From Zootoca vivipara (Eukaryota), in contig NC_083278.1 of NCBI RefSeq assembly GCF_963506605.1, forward strand, positions 55,304,001-55,368,000: a stretch of DNA of 64,000 nt. Direction: 5' to 3'. This document shows, piece by piece, positions 53,129-64,000 of this stretch (the first letter of the stretch is position 1; each line of letters starts with the position of its first letter). The notes beneath the pieces are model-generated. The model was given only the letters and a program-made list of their open reading frames with translations, did no database searches and was not told the origin of the DNA. Position numbers and translations under genes: made by a program.

Positions 53129-55238
53129 TGCTAAGGCATTGCAAGCCTCCCTCCAGTTCCCTTTCAAGTCCTGCTCACCTGTCAGATTTGGGCTGTAGAT
53201 CCTGATAACGATCTGGCCTGTGGAGCCCCTGCCTTAAAAGACCAGGTTCCTAGCATATGAATACTCCTTATTCCATGTCACTGGATGATTCTGTCACACA
53301 GTGTGTCTTCTATTAGGTTTGGCTTGTGACTCAGTTACAGCTCTGTCTGGATGGAGATTACCATGTAATCTCTAGGTGAGGCCTCCATGAATCATTTTAA
53401 ATAAATAAAAAAGTTGATTAGAAAATAAGATCACCATAGCATCCTAATGATTTGGGAGAGTAATAGAATCATAGAACTGTAGATTTTGGAAGGAGCACCT
53501 ACTTTCTTCTCTCTTACCGGTTTTGAATGGTATTTTTCTGTCTAAATATGATGGTGACACCAAATTTTAATGTATGGTTTTAAATGCCTTTCAAGCATGT
53601 AAGGGAGCCAGCAGTGATGGCAGGTTTCTATATTCCTCCCTGCCAATTGAAGCACAACCTCAGTATTGCATAGAAAAGAGATGCTAGTCCCTTGTGTGGC
53701 ACTAGGAGACTGTTGTTGCTGATTGTAATGTATCAGAAAATAGTGCAGTTCAGCCAAGGTAAGAGTGAGTAGAGCATTTACCCCATCTATTTCTAAGCAA
53801 ATATCATCAGTATTTGATAGAGGGAGACTACAACAAGCATGTTTCTTTTGTCTGCCTTGCAGCAGTAGGAAACAGGGCTTTAACTCACGGTTAGCAGCAG
53901 AATTAACATTCACTCAAGTTTTTGGCTCCTTTATTCTCCATTATACTATGAAAGAATTAAACCTTCTTTCAAGACTGGCGGGGACGAGAAGGCAAGCTTC
54001 TTTCAGCATTCATCATTATTCCTTTTAAAACAGGACTTTAATTTAAATTTATTTCTCTAAGAAACCATGCACTACAGTATATGAACACACAGTAATGGCT
54101 GGAAGCATGTATATAAGTGTAAGCTACTTCCAAGCAGTAGCTCAGGAGCAGTAGAGCTACCCGCTGTTCTCTAGAAGACAGAGCCCAAAACTAGAAGGTT
54201 CCTCCTCTCCAAGAAGGAAAAAGTGTTTTCCAATTTGCCTTGCCATCTTTCTCAAAAGACGGTAAATCTTTGCTGTCTGCCCCCCTCCTTCCAAGAGGTG
54301 ATAAATACTGCATTATAAATCAAAGGACTGTGGCTTGCTTTAATATCAAGTGCTAGTCCTACTTTGAATACACCCACTGATATCAAGTTACTTAGGTCCA
54401 TTGCTTTTGGTAGGCCTACAGTCAATGGCAGTTTTTTGTGTGGGGTTACATTTCTGACCCTCATGTGCATCGGTGGAGCATGTGTAAGCCCCCCCTTATC
54501 CGGCCACTTCTGGGGTGTGGCGATGCAAATGTGCACAGTGGTCCTTCAGTTGGATGTGCCTAAAAATGAACCACTGCAATGTTTGAAAATACACAATGGG
54601 AAACAATCACTCTTGCACCCCAGCCCCCAATGTGCAATGATTTCAGTAAGGATCATAAAGTATAAGTTGTGTGAAGGAATATAAAAAATGGATATGTCAA
54701 AGGCAGTAACCAGTGGACAGGCAAACTGGTAGGATCAACACTTGGACATGTATGGTAGGGACATTATGCTAGACTCTGTTGACATTTTTATCTGTTTGAT
54801 AAATGAGCTTCTGATAATGGCAGTAAAAAAAAAAGTGATATAAACTGTATCCTTATAGATTTTGTAACGTCCCACCTGACAGTGCTTATTATGATCAAGC
54901 ACTGGCTATATACTAAGGAATATGATACTATGAAGTACGTAATATTTTACTAAAGATGAATTGCTATATTTTCTAGACCATCTGGAACAACCAAAATTAA
55001 TTAAAATGTACGGTATGTTTCTGTAAAGTAATTACATTTTCAGGAGGGTTGCCATTGTTACTTGCTTATTACTGCGCTGTTGGCTTGTTTTTTGCTTGTC
55101 GAATAAATGTGGAAACTTTTAGGATTGGATAATATTGAACCATCTCAAGATGTACGCTATTAAAATGGAGGTGGAAAGGGTACACATGTATTTTTTTGCA
55201 CCATAGTCCAGTTATTGAAAGTTATGAACATTACTCTA

Positions 55239-55444
55239 AAAAAAAAAAAATCCTTCCAGTAGCACCTTAGAGACCAACTAAGTTTGTTATTGGTATGAGC
55301 TTTCTGAAGAAGTATCTGAAGAAGTGTGGATGCACAGAAAGCTCATACCAATAACAAACTTAGTTGGTCTCTAAGGTGCTACTGGAAGGAAAAAATTTTT
55401 TGTTTTGACTATGGCAGACCAACACGGCTACCTACCTGTAACCA
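55239..55444 (+). mobile_element. Penelope-type palindromic terminal-repeat insertion
   Basis: perfect 56-bp inverted arms 55251-55306 / 55335-55390; flanking duplication gaacattact(cta) at 55226-55238 and 55445-55468. Confidence 0.75.
55312..55348 (+). ncRNA. Minimal type I hammerhead ribozyme motif (stem II slightly decayed)
   Basis: GUAU-CUGAAGA-A-GUGUG GAUG CACA-GAAA-GC-UC^AUAC: both conserved boxes, stem I GUAU/AUAC, palindromic AGCU stem III, predicted cleavage after C55344. Confidence 0.65.
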
Positions 55445-56939
55445 GAACATTACTAGAACATTACTCTAGTTTGGGCAAACATGCAACTTTATGGACAAAC
55501 AAGAATGAGTTTAGTGGATATGAAATAATATATTTTCAAATCTTAAGTGCTTTCTGTTTTATATCTGATGCAAAGGAGAAAAGGAAGGCAATGTTAGGGC
55601 CAAGATAAATGTATGTTTAGGGTAGCTTTACAAACAGGGACAACCTTTTAACACATTTCCACCACAGTTTTACAACCAGTTTCACCACTACTAAGATAAT
55701 TTTGTTATTCTGAATTAATTAACCTTGAATAAAAATGGTTGCAATTTTGCTACACAGTACTTTCAAATAAAATGATTAGTGCAGTCAAAACAGGAAATAA
55801 TATGAACTCAGCATTTTATAAAACTTCTTTAATTCACTCTTTCTTTACATGAGTATTTATAAGCACCTTGTAATTTACTCTTGATAAAAAAAATCAACAA
55901 GAAACAGGAATGATTTTTGTTAGGAAAATACGTCCAGGCTTAAGAATGTGCATATAGGAAGATAAAAGTAAAAACATGGATAGTTTGCATACCAAGACTA
56001 CAACCTAATCTTGAATTGATTCAATCCATTTTGGCTTTGTCACAACACAAAGCTTCTATCAACACAATCCTAGACAACCAGTGGAGATAAAATGCATGCA
56101 CAGCTGAAGGTGTTCTGAAAGTTTTTACTGCAGCCAGTCTTTTCGCAAATGAGTTGTATATTGCCTGTAATAAACATTTCATAATACCGCTATAGTTATT
56201 TGTGGGGGATAGTGCTGTGTGGAAAAAGCATTTCAATTTCTTGAATTTTTCTTCTTCTTCTGCAAAACAGGCTCCCATCTGCGTCCATTATACATTGCTT
56301 CAGTGTTCTGTGGTTTTCCAGGCTGCCATTACTTCCTTTTTTGAAAAAAATCTGATGACCTCTTCCCCTGAGCTTTAATTGAAGAACAGGAAGTTGGGAA
56401 GCTAGCTGAATGCCTGAGGTCAGTGAACTTGTTAATTTTGTGTTTAAAAGAAATCATTCATTTACTGTTTCTTTATTGCATTTATATACCAGCCTTCTGC
56501 CGAAGCACCCAAACGCTTTGCAATTTTAAAATATTAAAACAAATCATAAAAAGTATAGTAAAAATAATTTGGGGAGGGGATCAACAGCAGTCAGGCACAC
56601 AGTGGAGAGCCCCCCATCTTTCTGTGCTTATAAGAAAGCAGATTTGAAGACATTGTGAGATTTTCAGTAAACTCAGTCCCCCAAGAAGGCAGTAGAATGC
56701 AAACCACTGGAAAGACGATTTGCAGAATGAAAGAAAGGATGGTCACAAACAGGTAATTAGAACAAAACACACCCAAATCCATTAGAATTTCACCAAAATC
56801 CCCCTTCTGATAAATTACGGATTTTAGATTGAAGGAATTTAGATTGAAGCACTTCTGCGTTGCATGGCTGACTGGGATGCCTCCAGGCTGTCAACAGGGA
56901 AAGAAATGTGGTTTGTTTTTCAAACCAAGCATTCCTTTC

Positions 56940-57985
56940 TTCTTGCTCTGCATTTCACACATTTATTACTAACCTATTTGTTCCTTTAAAAAAATTAATT
57001 GAATTATGTCCACCATTGTTCAAGTCATAAGCAAGGCCATATGTGTGCAGTTGACATTTGATTCAGATTATTAGACTGGGGTGGTACTATACATGTTTAG
57101 AGAACTTTTAATTTAGACCTTTTCCAACAAAGTCATTTGATGGATTCATTCATTCATAAGTGTGTATACAGCAACAACAACAAATCACCATACCAGTGTT
57201 TTCTGGTCTACCTATTAAAAGTCTCTCTCTTTGTCTACTTTCACAGAAACATACAAAAAATAAGCTACAAAAAAATTGCTTACAGTTGATTTCAGCACAC
57301 AAAAAAAAGCATTTTGAGAAAGAATGGTTTTGTTCAGCCATCATAAAAGGAATGTCAGTAAACAATAAATACAATGTGCTTCCCCCCCCCCTCCATATCA
57401 ACATATTTACACTTGAGTCTTTGGCTTATGTTTAGATTTCTTTATAAAGAACTTTGATCAGGCTGTCATTGCACATTAAAACAAAATAAGCCAGTTATCA
57501 TACATATATATCTCTCTATATATTTTTCTTGCAACACATGAAACCTATAGAGACTATCAATCTGCACAGTTTTGTTTTACTTTTAACAGTTTATAAAATT
57601 AAGAACGAAAGGGAAATAAAATGTTGACTAGAATAGATACATGCAACAGATGGTGGTTCTAATGTAACCGAGAAACAACTGAATATACAAACACTGGAAA
57701 AATCCTACCTCGAACAGCAGACGAGCTCTGTCTCTGCTCTTCTTTAGTTTTGTGGCACTATATGTTCATACTGTGTACAGGCATAGAAACAGTTCTTTAT
57801 ATATATATATGTATATTTATATATAATTAAGATACACCATTTATTAAGAAAAATACTTTTTGCATTTAAAAATTAAGTCTCCCTCTTCACTAAAATCTTT
57901 CTTCACAGGTTCAACAGCTGATGCCAAAACAGTTTATTAAATTCCATATTATTTGGTTCACTTGATTGCATCCACCCTTTTCTCA
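56940..57985 (-). other. PTPRK: PTPRK 3'UTR (approximate extent) with candidate AATAAA at 56967-56962
   Basis: AT-rich stretch without recognisable TEs after the stop; minus-strand AATAAA at 56962-56967 (also 57840-57845, 57933-57938); true end not determinable. Confidence 0.55.
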
Positions 57986-58039
57986 CTAAGATGATTCGAG
58001 GTACTCAAGTGCAACGTCGTAGCAGAAACGATATTGCTC
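57986..58039 (-). CDS. PTPRK: PTPRK last coding exon: EQYRFCYDVALEYLESS*
   Basis: acceptor tccccccttag|GAG; 17 codons then TAG (57988-57986); matches the PTPRK C-terminus; absent from the ORF track because it is short. Confidence 0.95.
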   Translation of the reverse strand, partial: EQYRFCYDVALEYLESS

Positions 58040-59469
58040 CTAAGGGGGGAAATGCAAAGAGTCAGTCAGATCATGCATAAAAAAATAAAATGAGATAAGA
58101 AGTGACATTCCTTAAAACGGCATGATTTGCTTTGACAGTAATCAAGACCTTACATTGATATGATTTTTTTTTTTTGCAATGCTTAGGTGTATGTGTTGCT
58201 GCTATAGCTTGAGATGCATCTTAAAGCAAGATGGTCTAGGAATCTCTTTGTGACTAATGGGTTGCATCCCTGTGATTCTTTCAGCTATTACACTAGATAG
58301 AAAACAGTTTTCATAAATGAGTTTGAAGAGCTTTACCGCTTCATCTTGGACAACATTCATTTCACAAAGTCAAACAGCATCCAGCCATTAACAAACATCA
58401 GTGTCTTAATACTACAGCAAGAGACCACTCTTCTGTGCTGCTAAACTGAAAATAACCCAAGTCCAGCTTTCCCTGTTGTGACAGGGAGCTCTGTAAGGTC
58501 AAATATCTAAGAATTTCAATTTCAATGTGTTGGTAAGTAGAGATGTACAGCAAGAGTTTGCAGCTGGACTCTACAAAGTTATGCATTCTGAGATACGTGT
58601 TTTGCTCCAAGGTCCACTCTCAGGGAGAAAAGAAATTCAGATCCTCACTAAGACTTTCTACATTCTCAAAGGGAGAGACAGAGAAATTCCCCTCGCACTC
58701 CCACTGCCCCCTCCCCAGCCCTAAGACTAGAAACTTAACATTGTAAGCAGGAAGTGGGGAAAGCTTTCTGAAAGGTTTATTCCCCCCCCCCCCCCGGTTC
58801 TTTTTGGTTATCTGATCATCTTGCTAAATGTAGGGCAGGTAACAAAGCTACATGGGTTTTCTTGGCTTGTATCCTCACCTAGCTTGAACAGCTGCTGTGT
58901 TCAAGATGGTTCACCTACATAATACAGGGACACTGAAAACATGCAACTATAGAGTAAGATTGCAATGAAATATAAGTATTTCCCCCCTTTTCTGTGCTAA
59001 AGATTAAACAGTAACCTGTGAAATTCTAGGCAAGAAGCTTATTGATTACATTACACTGTGTATGTTCTGAAGTGATTGGACCTGCAAGTAATTGGACGTC
59101 AAGGGAGGGGGGGGAAAGTCATTTTCCTCTACCTTCTGTCTCCCCCACCCCCCAGTCTTTACTACCTTTAGTTAGGGATGTTGGGGGAATTCTGATGAAG
59201 ACAGAAGCAGACAGCGAGAGAACGTAGTATTTGATGCAAACCAAACTGCAGTTGAATTGAGACTGTGGTCAAGATAGGTCAGAATGGAAATTGTTGTTGT
59301 CTTATGTCCCTGCTTTTAGTTTGCTGTATCTGACACAGCTTCATGCTCTCATTGGCTCCTACCCTTCCCATAGACGTTCCCTGCACCTTCTACTCCTTTT
59401 TGCCTTCTTACACTTTGGGAAAAGAAAAGAAAAAAACCCACCCACTACCAAATATACTAATAGCTATTT

Positions 59470-60920
59470 CTGTTTTACTACAGGTGGTGACCATTTTAAG
59501 TGTGTCCAATTGACGTGTGATCGCTGACACACAGGTCCTTTTGGACCCGGAAGAAGGCAGAACAGGGGTGGGAGGCGCTCTGCTGATGTGCATGGGGGGC
59601 CATGAACAGAACCTTCACACAAAATGTTCGCCACCTGCCTTTAGAAGATTCCATCATCCTTTCTCTCCCTTCCCCCAAAGCATCAGAATAGGGCTGTCAA
59701 GGTCACCTGCCGCTTCCGTTTAAAAGGAAGCAAACAGATTGAGGTGAGTTTGGCTTCTTTTTCTGTTTTTTTTTTAGATGGGGCTATGCTTACCTTACTG
59801 TTTTTTTTGTGGGGTAGCCTGGTTCTTTAGTCTGTTTTATTTGCTTTGGGTCTAGGTGTGTGTGTGCTTTGTATATGAATATACTGTATGTATGCATATC
59901 TGTGTGTGTGATTCTGAGTGTGTCTCTTGTGGGTTGACTAGAAGGCATAGATCATGGGGTGAGCTAACATGAAGGGTAAGAGCGACTTTTAGCTCCCTAC
60001 AACGGACTTCCGGAAGAAGTGAAAAGTTCCAGAAATGCTCAGGCCATAGGGCAACTGTATTTCCTGTAAATACAGAATTCCAGCCTGGGCCTTCTAACCT
60101 CAACCAGCTATATGAGAGCATGGGTAATGGTGGTAAGCAAGTGACTTGTGCCTCTGTGTTCTCTATAGCAGGAGTAGCCAGAATGATGCTCTCCAGATGC
60201 TGTTAAGCTCCAACTCCCATGAGCTCCAGCAAGCATGGCCAACTGTCAGGGCTGAAGGGAGATAAATCCGCCAACATCTGGAAGGCATGGTGTTGGCTCT
60301 ATGGACTGGCCTGTTGTCTTACTGTAGAGTCTGGACAGCCTCCTTTCTGTTGAGAGCCCTCAGAGGTATTAAATCAAGGTCCTCATAACAAATGAGGGTA
60401 GGCTTGAAGCCAGTGATGGCGGGGGCCACTATCCCTTTTCTCTCTTTCTTTCTCTCAATCCATTTATCTTTGTTGATTCAGCAGGAACAGATTACTCCTG
60501 CCAGATGGCTTTTGAAACTAGGCCTGTGGGTTGCCTTAGAGCTACCTTCTCTCTTCTTCTCTCCCAAGGTACCGTGTCATCTGTAGATTATAGATTGCGA
60601 TAGCTTCCTGACACTGTATACCAAATCACACAGGAAGTGAACTTTGAGGCGTTTCAATGAGTAAGGTGTAACCACAAGCTTAACAGAGATTTCCCAAAGC
60701 GAGACATCCTTTAGAGGTGATAAAATGCATTGCATTTCCACAGGCATTCAGTAAATGGGGGGAAATGGGGGGTTATGCTTGGGTGTGAATGTATCACAAA
60801 CAGGTTTCTGATAAAGGAGGGAAAGGAATTTGGAGAGTTTTTTGTCTGACCCCCTTGCTCAATACAGGATGCAACTGAGTTTTTATAGTCCCAGTTGTTT
60901 TTTCTCTGTAACCACAGAGA
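59470..60920. promoter_or_regulatory. Promoter/enhancer-like region in the last PTPRK intron
   Basis: CCAAT 59506, TGACGT 59511, CCGGAAG 59547, E-boxes 59481/59632/59704, palindromic CTTCCGGAAG 60007-60016, CAGGAAGTG 60631, AACCACA 60670 and 60910, TGATAA 60718/60809; locally retained CpGs. Confidence 0.45.
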
Positions 60921-61016
60921 ACATTTCTATCTATGAGACGCTGTTTGGCAATACTTTTTTAAAAATATTATTTTTGTCTGTCTACATAAAGTAACATTCC
61001 AGATAGACAAACTTAC

Positions 61017-61152
61017 CGGTGTTTCTACCATGTTTGGCTTACTGTTCCGCAAAGTTTTTACTGCATGGAAAACATCGATGACATTTTGCCTTTTAAGCAT
61101 TTCCACTACTATGCCTATGGCACAGAACACTCCACTTCGTCCACCACCATTC
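61017..61152 (-). CDS. PTPRK: PTPRK penultimate coding exon: (L)[45 protein letters not shown]
   Basis: 136 bp; acceptor ctgctcag|G, donor CCG|gtaagt; completes the D2 signature HCLNGGGRSG. Confidence 0.95.
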
Positions 61153-61744
61153 CTGAGCAGAAAAAAGAAAGAAAGAATGGTTTGAACGGTTGTATCCGAC
61201 TTAGTTATAAAGTTACAACTGCAACAACTGGGAGTAGGCCTCAATGAATACACTAGCCTTTACTCCTAAATAGACATGGCTAGGAATCCACTTAGTGACA
61301 TTCACTGATTTTTATTGGGTGGGGTTTACCTAACAACCCCCCCCCCCAAAAAAAAATCATTGCAAGCCCTGCTCAAGGGTTTCTGCTCATGCAACAGGGC
61401 TTTCTCCCCTCTGTCCTGAAATTGGCTTGGTCAGGAGAACCCCCAGAGCTGCACAGGAGGAGGAGATAATTCAATCCGGCAAACTGATATGCTTGCACAG
61501 ATGGAGCATTTGAAACCTCACGTATGTACTTCTAACCCTTTTAAGTTGCAGATCCATGGCAATCACTGAACTCTAGGATAACCTTTGAAAAAGATTGCAT
61601 TAAATAGAAAATTTGATTTGGAAAATAATAGAGGAGTCTATCCTTGCTCTAGCGAGTCATGCTAGAATATTCAAGGTATGGAAGCCAGTTCACAGCATGG
61701 AGATAATTAGATTTAAGGGTGAAAATGCTATATATCACACTTAC

Positions 61745-61908
61745 AGGCAATGAATTATAGTTCTGCCTTCTCCTTCTTCACATTCTTCTTGCCACTTTTC
61801 AACCTGAAGAATTAACTTCAGGAACGACCGTTTGGAGCCTGGCACATCCCTGTGAGATGCCCATCCCAAATACTGGAACTGCTGTACCATCAGATAGCCT
61901 TCCTGAGG
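61745..61908 (-). CDS. PTPRK: PTPRK coding exon (3rd from last): [54 protein letters not shown](L)
   Basis: 164 bp; acceptor ctcctcag|CCT, donor CT|gtaagt; phase 0/2 fits neighbours. Confidence 0.95.
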
Positions 61909-63610
61909 CTGAGGAGAATAAACAACAACAACAATCACAAGTAACCATTATAGAAAATCCAAAAGCTTCAGCAGAGCAATAGCTTTATTAAGACCAGTTT
62001 AAAAGCTTCAAGGTAAGCAAGCATCTACAGTTTTAATCAGGCTGGGTGTAAAACAAAACAAAAACACAACCGGGAAAAGGATGTTGTAGGGTGTTAAGAT
62101 GACATTGGGGGAAGTGTTTGTGGAAACTTAACTAGGTGAGGCCACATTGGGTGAAAAAATACTCAAGTTGCACCAAGGCCACAGGCCAGAGAAGCACGAT
62201 TACTCATTCTTAGAACCAAATAACTGCTGGCATTTATATTTTCAGTTGGTAGCACTAACCAAATCCCTATTTCATTTGGCATAAACTTCTCCCACAGAAA
62301 AGAAGTAAATAAAAGCCTTTGTATTAGGAAAGCTGGAAATAAATTTTAGGTGGTGCGCTAGGTACAAAGCATGAGTTCCTGCATGGCTCAGAACTTAAGA
62401 TGTGTCCCCCCCCCTAATTTTCTGGATCTGACCAAAGGCCCACCTAGCCAGCATTCTGTTCTCACAGCAGCTACATGTCCATGGAAAGTCCACAACTAAA
62501 AGCTGAGTGCAACAGTACTCTTCCCACCTAAGATTACTCGCAACTGGTATTGCGAGGCAATGCATCCAACAGTGGAGGTACAACATGGCCATTGTGACTT
62601 GTAGCCAGTGACCATATTATCTCCCATAAATTGGTTGAATTCTCTTTTAAAGCCATTCAGTCAACATTTGGGAGCAAATACCATGGTGTAGCTATGCAGT
62701 ATGTAAAGACGTACATACTTTCTTTTGCCCACCGTATATTTATTCAGCTTCATTCACATCATTTCTTCCTTGCATTTTCTCTGAACTAAAAAGCCCCAAA
62801 TGTTGTAACCTTTCCTTATAAGGGAGTTGCTCCAGCCCCTTGATCATTTTGGCTGCCTTTTTCTGAACGTTTTCCAACTCTACAATATCCTTTCTGAAGT
62901 GAGACAGTATGTCAGCATTCTAATTGATTTGGCTGAACTTGCACTAGGTCCTGAGCTGTAGCAGGAGGGGCAAATCACCACAATTTGTGGGACCGCTTCA
63001 ATGAGTAAATTGCTCACACAAGGCACCTTTGAATGCAACCAAAGGTCAATAGAAACCAAATTAAATAGTATTACCTAGAGAAGCTGTTGATCCCCACATA
63101 GGCATGTTAGAATGACCCATATTTTCAGCATCAAAGATATATGCTAAACTCTACAATCCCCCATATGTCTAGGTAATAATCATGAGTTTAGCAAAGTTAT
63201 CTACTGATTTGTGTGACTACAATAAATATATATTTCCCATGGAGGGGAGATGACATAAAAATAAAATAAACAGAAGGATGTGAAAACAATCTGGATTAGA
63301 AAAATGGTGGTTTGGAAAGAATCTGAGAACTTTAAAAATGCTCATCATGAAATAAATGAAATATTTGTTTGCACCACTTTGTTTAGTAAAATGCACCACT
63401 TTACCGTTCACATTCATTAATTGTTATTTACCATTGGTAAACCTAAAAATAATAATCCATGATGCCTTTAGTGTATATTACAGTGCAATTTAATTGCACC
63501 ATGGTGCAAATGAAGACTATTTTGAAAACCCATAGCTAGTTGTGTGTGTTTTTTTAAACATGTACAGTATTACTTAGTGAATAAACATAAACCATTAACA
63601 TATTACTTAC

Positions 63611-63736
63611 CCTTGTTAAATTGCATATCCTGAAAATTCTGTTTATTACATCACAATCCATTGAGCAAGACATGCATTCCACCTGGATGGGGCCATATCT
63701 CAGCAATCCTTCCTCTGGCCAATACTGTGGACAGCC
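63611..63736 (-). CDS. PTPRK: PTPRK coding exon (4th from last), D2 PTP domain: GCPQYWPEEGLLRYGPIQVECMSCSMDCDVINRIFRICNLTR
   Basis: 126 bp; acceptor catgcag|GGC, donor AGG|gtaagt; phase 0/0; translation recognisable as PTPRK D2 (type IIB receptor PTP); THEMIS synteny argues against PTPRM/T/U. Confidence 0.95.
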
Positions 63737-64000
63737 CTGCATGATATTTAATAGGTAAAATTAAATTATAGCTAGCATTGCACATGTATTTTGTGTCAAG
63801 CAATCAATGCTTGATAATTGCACAACTGCAAGACAGACATTACTGTATTGCTCCATCTTTGCGGGATGAGACAGTGTAATTACCTCAGACCTTGCTGAAG
63901 GAGCCAAGAGTTCCCCATATTTGGTTAACATGGTACCCATTGGGGAGGAAGGTGTAGATCAATACAGTTAGAAACACTATTAGCTGCCACCAGTGGCTGT

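Noticed and set aside
59744-59777. Plus-strand GT...AG mini-intron
   Set aside because: 34 nt is too short for a vertebrate spliceosomal intron; the sites would need other partners
61130-61760. Non-canonical PTP motif HCLNGGGR and absent WPD loop
   Set aside because: Normal for the D2 pseudophosphatase domain of type IIB receptor PTPs; not pseudogenisation

Overview
Eukaryotic (vertebrate) genomic DNA, not prokaryotic. The Sauria SINEs, CR1/L2 LINEs and repeat set point to a squamate reptile, probably a lacertid lizard. Two spliced genes lie on the minus strand in the order known from the mammalian PTPRK-THEMIS locus. PTPRK contributes its last four coding exons (63736..57986, D2 phosphatase domain and stop) plus 3'UTR. 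About 17 kb downstream, THEMIS coding exons 1-4 (40678..16614) have GT-AG boundaries, compatible phases and 589 open codons. The poorly conserved THEMIS terminal exon(s) could not be assigned. The rest is introns and intergenic DNA rich in Sauria SINEs, CR1/L2 fragments, many hAT and Tc1/mariner MITEs with checkable TSDs, solo LTRs, microsatellites and a 129-N gap. Almost all short ORFs in the supplied track are spurious or TE-derived. I see no convincing novel multi-gene system. The most interesting signals are: (1) a Penelope-type palindromic insertion carrying a minimal hammerhead ribozyme motif at 55.3 kb, with related insertions at 18.1 and 51.2 kb; (2) a promoter/enhancer-like region with splice donors on both strands in the last PTPRK intron, which may regulate or splice into THEMIS; (3) a 136-bp hairpin MITE family with a constant core and three different self-complementary end types.
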